64,000 nucleotides of DNA from the human T2T-CHM13v2.0 reference genome, Homo sapiens, in the NCBI RefSeq assembly GCF_009914755.1, contig NC_060928.1; one strand, given 5' to 3'. Every line of letters starts with the position of its first letter. Position 1 is the stretch's first letter. Below are positions 1 through 13,700 of the stretch, piece by piece. Both the position numbers and the translations under genes were made by a program. The notes beneath the pieces were generated by a model. The model saw only the letters and a list, made by a program, of their open reading frames with translations, had not been told where the DNA came from and did not search any database.

Positions 1-642
1 AGTAACTTGCCAGATTATAGGGAGCCTTATTTAAAATTCAGAACCCTAGTTCTACTAGCTAAAACCTGCAGTATTGGTTTTCACAGGTGCACTGACAGTA
101 GCTGTAATTGTATTTTCATTTCCTTTTATTTTCTCCTCTTGGATGTATTCCATAGTTTAATCTGTTGAAAAACTTAGAGCATTCCCTTTGGGACCAATGT
201 TACCGCTGCCTGAACATTGCTTTAAATGTTACCTTCTTGTGAGGTCCTTGCTCCAGCCAGTGTAAAGGTTCCTCCTGTGTTGCAGGAAGGAGGAGTGTGT
301 AGGCCCCATTAGACTCTACATATAAAAGAGGCTTTTGGAAAAGCAAAAACTGGTTCTATTCGTTTTTGTTTTCACATGGGGAGAGGATTTTTTAAAAAAG
401 AGAATTTGTGAGATCAAGGGAGTGGGGGAAAATTTTTTCGGCAAAAACTCAAGTAAATGCTTAGTTGTTTTGATTTCTTCCCTGTGGCATTTTTGGCAAA
501 CTGGGGAAAGAGAAATTAAACTTAGTTGGAGGACAATTGTTTCATGTTGTTTGCCTTAGAGACTGGAAAAAGCAGAAGAGTGCCAATTTTAATCTAGAAT
601 CCTTTGAGAATTAGAGAAAGATAAAGTGATTATGGAATAAGG

Positions 643-730
643 TTTTTTTTTTTCCTTTTTTTTTTTCTTTTATTATTATACTTTAAGTTTTAGGGTACAT
701 GTGCACATTGTGCAGGTTAGTTACATATGT
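643..730 (-). mobile_element. Extremely 5'-truncated young L1 3' end (L1PA2/L1HS-like) with poly(A)
   Basis: Poly(T) followed by tattattatactttaagttttagggtacatgtgcacattgtgcaggttagttacatatgt, the reverse complement of the terminal L1 3'UTR. Confidence 0.85.
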
Positions 731-3266
731 TTTAAATGACCACAATCATTAGTATTATTACGCCCCATAACTGATGGCAGTGTTTTTGAAATTTGAATAT
801 CAGTGTGTTTTACCAAATGAAGAGGTTCCTAAGAGGTAGGAGCTTATATCTTAAGAGGTAATAAAATCTATGGTGGTAGAAAATAAGTTTAAAGAGTTTG
901 TTGAAGGCATCTTTGAGCAGAGTGGTGAAAACGATTGCAGAAACGCAGACAAGATCATCACCTGTTGGACCAGTACCTTGTGTTTTGCTTCCTGACTTTG
1001 TGGGAATGCTGTGATAGTCTTCACAGTGATTTGGATGACAGGACCGTCAGAAAGAAATACTGTTTCTACTGTAATCATTGGCATGGATTTGCACCTAAGT
1101 GCCGTTGTGGTTGGAATGGGACCTGTAGTAACTTGATTTAATGAGAAAAAGTACATGTACTAAATGGGTGTATTTTAGGGGCCAAGGTTTCCAATGTAGA
1201 CTTTAAGTTTTTATTTTAATCTCTTGAGTACCCTTCTCTGCACTCATTGCCTCTTTTAGAGAGTGTGGGAACAGATCTCCTAATCTTTTGCATATGGACT
1301 TTTAAGGATCGAATAAAATAGTTACAGAAATCAGGTGGCCAAAATTAGTCTCCCCTTTTGAATGCTGTTGGAAAATCGGGATTGTGGTTAAGCTGTCATT
1401 TTCCGTGAACAGTGACACAGCTTACCTGGTTTTGCTCAAGTGTCTGTTAGCTGAGCTGACTGCTAAAATTACTAAGCATCAGCAGTCTTTGTTACCACCT
1501 CTCACACCAACTTGAAAACTAATTTTTGATTCTTCTCAGTCATGTGCAGTGGTTTCCATCTGTTCTGTGGTGATGAGATAGTTTCTTCTCTTCTACCCTC
1601 CCTGCTGAGAGTTCTCAAGGTTTCTCCTGGGTCCCATTGTTTTCTCTCATCAGTTTCTTTCCTGTAGTTTCCTGTTGTGAACCTCCGTGTTAATTTCTAG
1701 GGTTCATGATACAAATATAAATTTCATTTCTATTTTGTCACCACAAAAGGCACATTTGTTTTATGTTCCTTGTTCTGAAAAAAAGATCAACTTACTTTTA
1801 AAGGTTGACTGCATTGGAAAAGTTAAAACATTTTTTTCTTTGAGAAAATTAAGAGAGTTAATGTAACTTTCTCCGTTAGCTGAATTCCAAACTAAACTTA
1901 TAAAAGGAACCCAGTAGACGATCCATCTTGGGGGAGACTATAATGGACTTTTGACATGGAAATTTATAAGACGAAAATGTAGTTACCTGGTCTATGGGGA
2001 ATACAAAAGATTGTGTCCACCACAGGCAGGCATCTAGCTGGATGTCTTACTGCGTGATGTCTGTTACCTTTGAGAAAGTTGTAGGCTATGATCTGTGTGT
2101 CAGCCTTTTGGCCTCAAAGTCCTTGCTGTATCATTTTGATAAGAGTGGACTCATGCCTCAGGGTTGGAGTCATGGTGCTTAGTACGAGAATGACAACTAA
2201 AGGCTGAATGCCTGTTGTATCAGAAGAAAAATCTCTTCACTGTCAGTTAAACCAAAACACTTGTGTTGCTATGTTCAGTGTATTTCTTCCTGTAGTCAAG
2301 TTAGTTGGGAAGCAAAATGATTACCACAAAGGTCTTTGGTTATTTATCATGAGAAACATAACTATAATCGGATCCAAGACATTGGTGTTTACCTAACCAG
2401 AATGTTCTATCGTTTTTGATAAACATATCTGGGAAGCAAGACAAAAATCATGTGATTCTTGCTGGGGAAGGGCTTAGGAACCCAGGAATTAAGGGAACTG
2501 AATGCTTAGTGGCATGCCTCCCTCTTAGCTTGATGTATTCATTTCACGGTAGATACGAATGCCACAGGAGAAATGCAACACTTGATGTCTGTTGACTGAA
2601 GCCCTTTATCCCTTGGGAAGTGCTTGGATGGTTACTGCTAATGCCTTTCTAAAATTACAGTATCATTGACTTTTGACATTTCAATATTGAAATAATTTAG
2701 CATTTATCTGCCTCTGTGTCTTCGATAAGCTCCATGATCACATCTTTTTCAGTTTCTGTTAGTTGGCACAGCATCATAAGCAGATGGACATTACAGTGTG
2801 GTAGATGCTGATTTGTAGTTACACAATTAAAATGCCTTTTCCACTACAGTAAGCTCCTAATTCCCTGGCATATTTCAAGAATTTGGTATTATGATTAATT
2901 TAGTATCCTAGTTTTTTTTTTTAAGGTAGGCTGTTCATTCTTTGTCAATCAGTAGCAATTAAAATAAATTGCATTAGCATAAGCAACTTTAGATGATTTA
3001 TCTTCAAAAACTTTTTTTGGAGTACCTTAAAGGTATTATGTTGTAGCTACATAGAAATGATTGCGAATAGAAAGCTCTGATGATTAATGTCAAAACAAGA
3101 TAGAGAAAAAAATGGTTTTATTTAAAAAGCCCAGAGTATTTTTTTTTTTGTTTTTGAAGAAGAGGGAAAAAGACTTGGCAGAAATGGATGTGTGATTTTA
3201 AAATAGATTAGGATGGGCTAGCAGGAGAGAGACTGAAGATAGTGAAAGGTTTTGACTCTATTTTTC

Positions 3267-3662
3267 TTTTTTTAAATTTTTTAAAATTATACTCTAAGTT
3301 CTAGAGTACATGTGTACAACGTGCAGATTTGTTACGTATGTATACATGTGCCATGTTGGTGTGCTGCATCCATTAACTCGTCATTTACATTAGGTATATC
3401 TCCTAATGCTATCCCTCCCCGCTCCCCCCACCCCACGACAGGCCCAGGTGTGTGATGTTCCCCTTCCTGTGTCCAAGTGTTCTCATTGTTCAATTCCCAC
3501 CTATGAGTGAGAACATGCGGTGTTTGGTTTTCTGTCCTTGCGATAGGTTGCTGAGAATGATGGTTTCCAGCTTCATCCATGTCCCTACAAAGGACATGAA
3601 CGCATCCTTTTTAATGGTTGCATAGTATTTCATGGTGTGTATGTGCCACATATTCTTAATCC
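3267..3662 (-). mobile_element. 5'-truncated L1PA 3' end (~400 bp) with 20-bp TSD
   Basis: L1 3'UTR plus ORF2 tail (WMKLETIILS...KHRMFSLIGGN in ORF 3490-3696). Direct repeat aggttttgactctatttttc at 3247-3266 and 3663-3682. Confidence 0.93.
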
Positions 3663-4524
3663 AGGTTTTGACTCTATTTTTCAAAATCAATTCCACTATT
3701 TTAAGAAATGAAGAATGTAATTCATAGAGTGTGGGAAACTGTTTCTCTAGCTTCTGTTTCTAAATAATGAATCCTAAAGTATTTAAACTAGGTTTTCACT
3801 GGAAAAAGATGATTATTAATGGCAAGATAGACTCACAAGTTAGTAGGTTTTTAGTGCAAAGTTTTCCAGACTTTTTAATTTTTGCGATATAAAATTCTTA
3901 TCCTCAGTAGTTGTCCTTTTACTCCTTTGGAATTTCTACTATTTTGCAGAGTCTCTGCTTTAAGTCTATTTTTAAAAATCAAAGCTGTGAATTGAAATTG
4001 TTATATTGTTTTTATTTTCTCTAGTGTTGATTAGTATCTTGTTTTTTATACCAGATTAAGAACTGGATTATAATTTATTACCTAACCCTTTAGACAGTTG
4101 TGTTTTTGTTTCTGGTGATAAATTTAGTTTGTATCTAGAAGTTTTTTTAATGATATAATATGATTTGGTTGTGTTATTTATGTGCCTTTTAATTTCTTAG
4201 CCTTTTTGCATCCTTTCTGTTTAGCAACAGCTGTCTTAGTGTCCTCAGTTGTAAAATATCATTTCTCATTCTCAAATACTATTATTAGGGGTGTAAACTG
4301 GAACAAACTTGTCTTTACAAACATTGGAAACAATCTAAGTGTTCATAAAATCGATGGTAAGGTGTTCCATTTAATGACACTGAAAAATATCTGTGATACA
4401 TTAAATAAAATAGGTTGTTTAGGCATTTCATTACCAAAAAAAGGAAGGAAAACTCTGCAGGATTTATACTTAAAATTTACCAGTTTATTTTAGGATGAGA
4501 TTTATTATGGGTAGCTTTAAGTGA

Positions 4525-5340
4525 ACTTTTTGTTGAAATATAACATGGGCTCAAATAAGTATACAGCTTAATGAATTTTCACATGTAATCAGCCCCAGAT
4601 CAAGCAATCAAACATCATCAGAAGCCCTTTCTCTTGCTCATGTGGTCATTATCCACTCCCATGAAGTGTGATCACTCTCCTGACATTGTAGGTTGAGGCT
4701 GCAGCATTTGGACTTTATGTAAATGGAATCAGAGTATATTCTTCTGTATCTGGTTTCTTTTGCTCATTTTGTGAGATTCATCTCTGTTGTATGAAACATT
4801 CATTCATTTTCATTGCATTCTGTTTGAAGAAGCCACAATAGATTTATCTGTTCTACTGTTAATGGACATTTGGGTTGTTTCCAGTTTTGGGCTAATAGAA
4901 CGCTGCTGTGAGTATAGGAGTATGTGTCTTTTAATGAGCATTTATGTGCATTTTTCCTGGTTATATACCTACGAGTGGAATTTTTGGGTCGGTCATAGGG
5001 TATGTGTTTGTTCAGCTTTAGTAGATAACTGCCAAACAGTTCTTCAGAGTGGTTGAACCCTTTAATGATTACCATCTAGTTAGCATGTGGAAGTTTCAGT
5101 TGCCTCATGTCCTTGCCAAAGCTTAGTATTCATTTAAAGCCATTCTGGCAGGTGAGTATTACTCTTTCATTGTGTTGTTAACTTCTGTTTCACCGATATA
5201 GGTTTATTCTGTTTTCATAGGTTTTTTGGTCACTGGAATAAATATTTTGTGAAATTCCTGCCCCGGTCTTTTGCCCTTTTGTCTGTTGGATTGTCTCTTT
5301 TTTCCCTGATTGGTTTGTAGTTCTTTCTAATCTGATTGCA
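4525..5340 (-). mobile_element. Old L1M (L1MB-ME-like) 3' fragment
   Basis: Decayed L1 ORF2-end/3'UTR motifs (ggacatttgggttgtttccagttttgggcta; NWKQPKCP in ORF 4800-5075). Boundaries approximate. Confidence 0.75.
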
Positions 5341-6249
5341 TGCTGTTTCTTATGTATATATGTATTTCAGATATTTAGTACTTTGTACTAAGGTCATTTT
5401 CTCTGTGTTGTCCAAGATTTTAGTATTACAGGTATTTAACTTTTGTCATAAGGAAAACTATTATCCTTTTGAAAAAATAAATGCCCCTTTCTTGATCTGC
5501 TTTACCTCTCTTTCCCATTCTCTTGTTTTTTTTTGCTTTCTGAACAGGTGTTCTGAAATCCCACTCTTCTCCCCTTCTCCAGCAGCTTCCTCTTTGTTTA
5601 ACCTCCTCATTTTAGTAGAAAGGGGCTCTCAGTTGATAAAACTGGTGATACCCAGGGCCCCTTAATCCCAGTGTTTCCATTCCTTGACCTCTCCTTACCT
5701 CTCGAGTCCACTGGCTGTGCCCAGCCTTTGCAGATTTCTTCTCACTTGCCTTCCTGATGACATCGTACCTCCCTGGTCCTCCCACCTCTTCCTCCTCCTT
5801 GGCTGCATTGCCTGCTTGACTTAGCCCTTGACTTCACATCTCCCTGTACATCTTTGGAGCCCTTTTCCCCACAGTGCCCTCAGTTAGCTTTCTGTAGAAG
5901 TTCGGCAGCTTTGTCCATGAGCTAGTGGTCACACCTCCTGGAGAACATTTCTAGCCTTGATCTCTAAAGCCTCCTACTGTTTCCAGCTACTGCTAAATAC
6001 CAGCCATTTGAATGTCACTTCCTCCATTCCCTCCACCATCATCTCCTTCCTCAAGACAGCTTTGGCTGCTGTGTTTCTGTCTGTTGGTGGAATTGGCCCT
6101 GTTGCCAGACTACCCAGATGTGAAACACTGCTCGTCTCTGCCTTCTTCCTTCTGACCCACTGCTAGTCTGCTGCTAAAACCTGTCAGTTCTGCTTCTTCC
6201 ATCGTAGCGCTCAAATAATAATAGTAACACGAACAACAACAGTACTAAT

Positions 6250-6445
6250 GGCTAACAGTGATTGAGTGCCCACATGTGCCAGCCACAGAGGCTAAGTGCT
6301 TTATGTATGTTACAGCATTGAATCTCATAATGGCCTTTTAAGATATTGTTTCATTTTGCAGATGAGGGAGCTGAGGCACAGAGAGGTTAGTTAGGTAATT
6401 TGTTCAAGACCACTCAGCTATCAGTTAGAAGCAACGACTCCCAGG
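6250..6445 (-). mobile_element. MIR SINE
   Basis: MIR core in reverse: cattttgcagatgagggagctgaggcacagagaggttag. Confidence 0.75.
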
Positions 6446-6582
6446 TGTAGTGACGGTCCTGACATACAATCTTTTGACTTTATGAGGGGCTTATTAGGAT
6501 GTCCCCCCATCATAAATCATAGGGCATCTATATTTCTTTGTTCTACTTCCCTCTTTGTAGTTCTACCACCTACCTCACTCCC

Positions 6583-7253
<671 letters not shown>

Positions 7254-7515
7254 TGAGACCCTTCCTGAGCTTCCCTGGCCAGCCCTAAGTGAAACTACAA
7301 AACCGTTTCTAACCTTCTTTTCTGTCAGCAGTAAATTTAGAACCTAATTCTCTTTTGTCACTTCTTTGACGCCTGTGAAAACTAGCAAAATCTTCAACAA
7401 CAAACATTTTATTGATTTATTTGATAGTTTTCCAATCAAGAACACAATAAAGGGAATTGGGGTACACTGTTAATAAGAGCCACGTATAATAATTCCAAAG
7501 TTTGGGGGTTAAGGG

Positions 7516-8528
7516 ATTGTGTTTTCCAGGGCTGTTGGAACAAAGTACTTACTACTAACCAAGTGGCTTCAAAGAAGAGGCATTTATTCCGTCACAATTC
7601 TAGAGTCTGGAGGTCTGAAATCAAGACGTTGGGAGGGCCGTGCTCCCTCTGAAGACTGTAGGAGGGATCCCTCCTTGCCACTCACAGCTTCTGGTGGTTG
7701 CTGGCCGTCCTTAGTATCCCTTGGCTTGTGGGTCCTTCATTCCAGCCTCTGCTGTGACAGGACAACCTCCGCTGTGCTGCCTGTACACGGTCACTATCCC
7801 TCTCTTTGTTTTCTTGTAAGGATGCCAGTCATATTGGATGAAGAAGCCCCACCCTACTTCAGTTATGATCTCATCTAAACTGACATCTGCAACAGCTCTC
7901 TTCCCAAATAAGATCGTGTATTAAGCACGCCTTTTTATTCTGATGTTTTGACATCTGGGGCCTCACTGACCCGAGGAAACTGCCCCTCCCAGGGCTGGCC
8001 CATTCCTGGAGATATTAAACTTCTGCAGGCTTTTCACATGGAACTCTCCAATCCAAAGCCCCGTGACCCCCCTCCCTACGAGCCTCCTCTGCGGGCCCTT
8101 ACGCTACAGGCTGTACTCTCCTGCCCTTGTCACTTCAGTTCCGAGTATCAGCAACTAGGGACAGCCCTTGTGCTGCAGTGCCCACTGAAATAATTTAAAC
8201 CAGCCGGTCCTCAACCTGCGCACCCTGCCTTGCCCATTCCTTCCTGCAGAAACTACAGTAGAGGCTTTGCCCGCATTCCCCGTTCTTCCTCTGCCTCTTG
8301 ATCGACGCTGGTGCTTCCCCACGTGGCTGTGCACAACATGCCATGCCTTCTGTTTCTAGGGCTCTGTGAGTCTAAACTTTTCCCTTCCTGACAGTCATTT
8401 TCATGCATGCCTTAGCATACCTGATGTCATTAAATCCCAAGTACAGTTTAAAACAGCCACACTGCGAGTTCTAAGGGCTAGAACTTCAACATATTTTTTG
8501 AGGGGGTTATCCTGTTCAACCTGTAACA
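7516..8528 (-). mobile_element. MLT1 (MaLR) LTR interrupted by a second LTR
   Basis: MLT1-type sequence 7516-7916 (tctggaggtctgaaatcaag...gctccctctgaagactgtagg) resumes at 8456-8528 (aacttcaacatatttttt...ttcaacctgtaaca). Confidence 0.75.
7917..8455 (+). mobile_element. ERVL-type solo LTR (MER74-like) nested in MLT1
   Basis: TG...CA ends (tgtattaag...aaaaca). The segment ttgacatctggggcctcactgacccgaggaaactgcccctcccagggctggcccattcctggagat resembles the recalled MER74/MER73/MER54 family. Confidence 0.6.
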
Positions 8529-8928
8529 TGCAATAGCCTATTTGCTGATATTTTACTTGCATTCCATTGTGGCGTGACCCAGTGACTAGACCCCATCGAG
8601 TAAACGATGAACAGACATGAAACACAGCATGTCAGAAGGAGAAGCTTAGCAGCTGTCCGTTCTGTAATATAAACCAAGGAAAAGGCACCGATTGCAGCCA
8701 CACTGAAATTACCTCATTAGGGGAGGCATGAGAAGATTCATCATAAGGAGAAAGATTTTTTTTTCCTTTTAACGGTGGCAAAATATGTTTACATTCTCCA
8801 TGTTTGATAATCTTGAACAGAGGAGCTGTTGTCATTGTCTTGGGAAATATATTTGATTCTGAGTTCTCTATTAACTATTGTTTTCTTTTTCTTTATTTTT
8901 TTCTTTATTATTATTTTTTTTTTGGAAG

Positions 8929-9034
8929 AAAGCGGCAGCCCAGAATCTCGTGTTAATGCGATCCATTTCTTGGTACACAAACTGCCAGAGAAGAATAAAG
9001 AGATGTTGGATATTTTGGTGAAACACTTAACAAA
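8929..9034 (+). CDS. ARHGAP10: Coding exon (106 bp) of Rho GTPase-activating protein 10 (GRAF2), RhoGAP domain
   Basis: A long T-rich tract ends in AAG (AG at 8927-8928). The exon reads AA AGC GGC AGC CCA GAA... = (K)[34 protein letters not shown] and ends AA|gtaagc (donor GT 9035-9036). The peptide matches my recollection of ARHGAP10, and the phase fits the next exon. Confidence 0.93.
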
Positions 9035-9632
9035 GTAAGCCTCTTTTTCTTCGTTTTAACTTTCTTCACTTTGCTCTAGGTGCTGGGTAGTGCTCTGGGA
9101 TTTGTGACGGGTGGAACTGGGGACCACACCTGGAAGGGCAGGCTGAACGTTTGACTCATTGTGTGTGTTTTGGATAAGACTGTTGAAATATGCTTTCATG
9201 AAGCTGTATAATTATTTGCTTAACATCTCTGCCAGCAACTCAGGGTTTGATTTGAAGTGAAAGAAGAGAATATTATACATTACCCTATACACAGATTCTG
9301 GAAGTGTGAATATAAGTTTGTTAGAATATTTAGCTTGGTTTCACACCTACCTACCTCTAAATTTGAACATGTCCTTTAAGTTGGCTTAATTCAATAATGG
9401 GTAGTTATTTTATAGATTTCATTCCCTTTTCCTCCTCCTTTTAAAAACCGGCAAAATCAAATCAGTGGAGAAATTAGCCCTTTCTTTAAGTATAGAGATC
9501 ATTCTAACTGTAGAATTTTAGACGTGAAAGGAAGCTGAAGAACGCTATATTTTAGAACCTTTCTTTTACATATAAAGAAAATGAAGGTCAGAAGATACTG
9601 TGATTTGCCAAGGGACCTACTGCTAGTTTAGC

Positions 9633-9920
9633 CATTTATTCATTTGGTCAACAAATATTTAGTGAATGCCTTTCTTAGGTGCTAGTGGATACATAGTTGA
9701 ATAAAATAGTCTAAGTCCCAGCTTTCATGAAGCTTACTTTCTAAGGGAAAATATGAAAAACAGATTACAAATAAAAATATAAAACAGCTTCAGATGATAA
9801 ATAGCAAAAACACAAAGCAGAGTAAGGGGACAGAATATATTGAGTGTGAGACTATAAAAAATGTTATGCAAAGGCTTTTTGAAGATGGTATCTTTGAATT
9901 GAGACCTGAATTAAGTTGCA
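9633..9920 (-). mobile_element. L2 3' end fragment
   Basis: catttattcatttggtcaacaaatatttagtgaatgcc is the reverse complement of the L2 terminus. Confidence 0.65.
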
Positions 9921-10142
9921 GGGCTGCTGAGAACAGTTGTCTATGTGATTCACTGCACAGTGATACTGGGCTGAAAGAGTGATTGTGGGTGCTCTGACCA
10001 AAGTCTGCATGCTTTTACAAAGGTGCTACGCAGTCTAGTATTCCTTGGAAGCAAAAGTATAATATTCTGGGGAAAGAGTGAGTTTTCTAAGAAGAGGGGA
10101 ACAGTAAACTAAGGCTTTTGGGGGAAGCAAGATTAGCACATA

Positions 10143-10340
10143 CAGTTGGCTCTTTGTGAGTCCTGCATGGGCAGATTCAACCAGCTACTGATCAAAAATC
10201 CAGTATTCCCTGTGGACATGAGGGTTGACTTTTCTTTATCCATGGGTTTCCTGGGTTGACTTTAGAACTTGCACATCTGCAGACTTTGGTGTCTGTAGGG
10301 ATTCTGGCATCAATTCCCAGGGGATACTGAGGGCCAACTG
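10143..10340. mobile_element. Tigger-derived MITE (MER2/MER2B-like)
   Basis: Terminal inverted repeats cagttggctct / agggccaactg, preceded by TA; internal gattcaacca and gggatactgaggg motifs. Confidence 0.7.
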
Positions 10341-10584
10341 TGCATGGAATTATTAAGAAAGCCATTGTGGTTAGACTAGAGCACCAAAGAGAGGGAAGTA
10401 AAGGAGTAGGCAGGAGCATCTGCATGGAGGGTTTCTCAGATCTGGTTATTTCAGAGGTAGATGTTGAGGGTGGTTAAGTCTCTTGACCCCTTGCTTTTAA
10501 GGAAATACAGAGTTGCAGACTATTTACAGTCCACAATTTTTGCTCCTTTGGTTAAACAGATTCCTCCCCCCTTACCAATTTCAG

Positions 10585-10744
10585 TGTTTCAAATCACTCC
10601 AAGCAGAACCTGATGACTGTGGCAAACTTAGGAGTGGTGTTTGGACCAACTCTGATGAGGCCACAGGAAGAAACTGTCGCTGCCCTCATGGACTTGAAGT
10701 TTCAGAATATTGTTGTGGAAATCTTAATTGAAAACCATGAAAAG
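10585..10744 (+). CDS. ARHGAP10: Coding exon (160 bp) of ARHGAP10, end of RhoGAP domain
   Basis: Acceptor tttcag| (AG 10583-10584). The first T completes AA|T = Asn, then [53 protein letters not shown]. Donor AAG|gtaaaa (GT 10745-10746). Contains the RhoGAP signature N-x-M-x-x-x-N-L-x-x-V-F-G-P-T-L. Confidence 0.96.
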
Positions 10745-13700
10745 GTAAAATTTTTTTTTTCTTTAAGAGACTTTGTTTTCGGCTTGTCGCCATGTACTAC
10801 ACAACGATCCTCTTAGATTTCCCTTTTCTCTCTCTCTGTTTAAAAAAATTCTTTCATTCTCACTGTGATGAGCTTGGTTCTAAGAAGTTCTCATTGAGCT
10901 TCTGTCTTCTGATGGAGTTCCATAAATCTGAAATTTATCTGGTCTTTTGTTATCTCCCTGGTTTAATGAAGAAGCATTTAATCCAGATGTAAGTGAATAT
11001 CAAGGCAATTGTGAACTATTTAGGACTTTTGTTGCTTTTATTCCCATCTTTGGATTTCTCACTCAAATTCTGTGTGGCACAGCAACCCTGTACTCTTGAT
11101 AAAGTTAGGGCTTTGCAACTTACAAGAGAAAATAAGGCAAATAAGGTTGAAGGGATGTGAGATGGGGCCAGAGGACCATGAGCATCATTGAGAGTAGGGG
11201 TTGAGGGGCAGTGAAGCCAGCCCCTGCTCTGCACCTGGGAAACCGCCTGCCTTGCAAAGAGTCTTTCTGGTTACACCTAGCTGTTGTGAATGACAAGTAA
11301 AGGAGGAGAAATTGGGGAAGGGTAAACTCTTCAAATATGCTTAGGCATTGCATCTGGGGAGCAGGGAAGGGTAAATATTCCTGGGGTGTGGTGGATGGGG
11401 TTGACCCAGGTGATCCATGTTGGGGTGAGCAGAAACTGCTTTAATATACTCTTCCCTCCCACCATACCCACTCAGCATATTAACTACTAGAAATAAGTAC
11501 TGTTTATGATTGTCACTTTGGGATCACTTTCCCAAATTACTGTTATTTTCTCCTTGATTAGATATTGTCTATGGCTACTCTTACGATACAACAGAAGAGT
11601 CTGGTACTTGCAACAGAGACCAGATAGCCCGCAAGGCATAACTATGTACTGCCTGGGGGATCTGCAAGGCTTTTCTGTAAAGGACCAATCTAGAGCAATA
11701 ATTTTCAACCCCAACAAATCAGAATCACCTGAGGGCCTCTTGTAAGTGGCTGCATAGCCATGCGTATTCTGTTAAATTTTTGCCTTCCCAAGAATTATGA
11801 TAAGTAGCCAGCAAGAAGAACTGCTAATCTAGGGAGGAAACGTCTCTTCTTTATTAAGAACTTAGGAGAGGACTTCAGTCTGGAACACGAAAAGAAGGTT
11901 TCATTAATATTTGAGAGGGTTTTGTTCATAAGAGTTAAAACAAGACCTGAGTATGGCATTTGTTGGTGTTAGAGCTGGCCCATGGCAGTTTGTGTTTGAA
12001 TTGAGAATTGCAAGGAGCTGGTGTCTATTCAGTTTAGCTGGGCTTCATTTATATGTAGGGATGAGATAATCTATGGGGGAACATAAGGAAAAAATGGTTT
12101 TAGGATGCTTTCGGAGTGCTGTTCTCAATAGGACCACCTTGAGGGCCTGCCTCTCTCCCGCTGTCTCAAGCCCCCTCAAAGTAAAGCTTCCACTTATTAA
12201 GAAAAATGCTGCTGACTCATAGTTAAAAGTGTACCTTTATTTTTATAAGGATGTAAATACAGTTTTTAAAAACACTTATTCTTTAGGGCAGTACTTTTCA
12301 ATCTTCTTGGGATCACAGGCTGCTGAGAAGCTGACAGAAGTTATTACCCCTTTTGTTAGTAACCCAGATAAATGCACATAAATCCTTCTTTCCCCTTAAT
12401 TGTTCTAACAGTTTCAGTGGGCTCACCTGCATTCCTGAATCTGTGGACTGTAGGTTAAGTATTTCTGGTTTAAAATGAATAATCTCTTAAGTGACTTGCT
12501 TTCTTACTTGTTTCTCTGTAATCAAGGGAAAACATGATTTTAAATACCACATTATTTTCTTTCAAGAACTTTTAGATTTTTTTTTCTTCAGTCACCTGTA
12601 GATGAGCACTTTGCTAATAACATTCCTGACTTCTGCCTCTAAGATGGGGAGCTTGAAAACTGTTAGAATGCTTGGTCACTCATTTGTTTATTAAAAAGAT
12701 TTTTTTAAATTGAGATTGCATCATATGCCAGACATGTAGTAGGTGCCGGATGTGCAGATGAATATTCCAGCTCCTGTGGGAAAGCAGGTCGTCATCTGGG
12801 GGCGGAAGCCATGTTTTGGGACTCGGATCCTATAAACGTACCCCAGTCTAATATGTTACATAACTTATTTTCTTGTCTGTTTCTCTCTGCTAAGATCCTT
12901 GAGGCCAGAGATCTTTTTGTCCACTTATAGTAATACCTGGTACATATTAGGTGTTAATACTTATGGAGTGAAATAATGAATTCAATACATTTTGAGGGGG
13001 TTGAAGGACTGGGAAAGAGACAGGCAAACAGAAATGTAGTCCCTTTGGGGAAGGCATAGCAAGAGTATTTCTTGGGTACTTGTTGCATTGGCTGTTTGCT
13101 GGAGCAGTTCTAGCTTGTTGCTAATGTTGGGTTCTCATGGAAAAGATAAGCTTGAAAGCTGATTGGGGATTTTCTTTACCATTATGGTAAAAGCAGCTTG
13201 TTTATGGATGTGAGAAGTTTTGTTTTGCCTTTTTTTTTTTTTTTTTTTTTGCCAGTGGTGGTGAATTTATGCCTCCTTTTATGATCCTGTCAAACTGTTA
13301 TTAAGCCTCATTAGTGTGCACTAAGCCATCCAGACAGCTCATGGAAAGATGGCTACTGTTCATTTTTAGAAAGAAAAATAATTAGACTACAAGCTTTGAG
13401 ACAATGTTACAGTAGCTCAACAATCATTTGATTAAATCCTAATTAGGAAACCTTTATGCAATTTATTTGTGAAAATACTGGCTCTGGGTCTTGCTCTTGG
13501 ATAAAAGGATCTCCATTTCATGCTGCAACTGCCTGTTTTCTTCCCTTTTTGAAGCTGGGGAGATAAGTACATGATTTGTCTGCTGGGAAGTAGATAGTGC
13601 TGCTTTCACCTTGTTAATAAATCTTACAGGAATTTTCCAGTAGCGTCGGCAAGCCTGTTACAATAGTTACAGCAGACGAAAGTGGCCTCGCTTTCAGAGC

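Larger units (their letters stand above)
9035..10584 (+). other. ARHGAP10: GT-AG intron (1550 bp, phase 2) between the two exons
   Basis: Canonical gtaagc...tttcag ends; the reading frame is preserved across the junction. Confidence 0.93.

Noticed and set aside
8829-8928. Hydrophobic N-terminal extension (signal/TM-like) of ORF 8829-9038
   Set aside because: It is the translated polypyrimidine tract of the intron.
10513-10731. Overlapping alternative-frame ORF across the exon
   Set aside because: Short, non-ATG start, expected by chance.
10745-10816. ORF continuation past the exon ([10 protein letters not shown]...)
   Set aside because: Read-through beyond a good GT donor; no evidence of intron retention from sequence alone.
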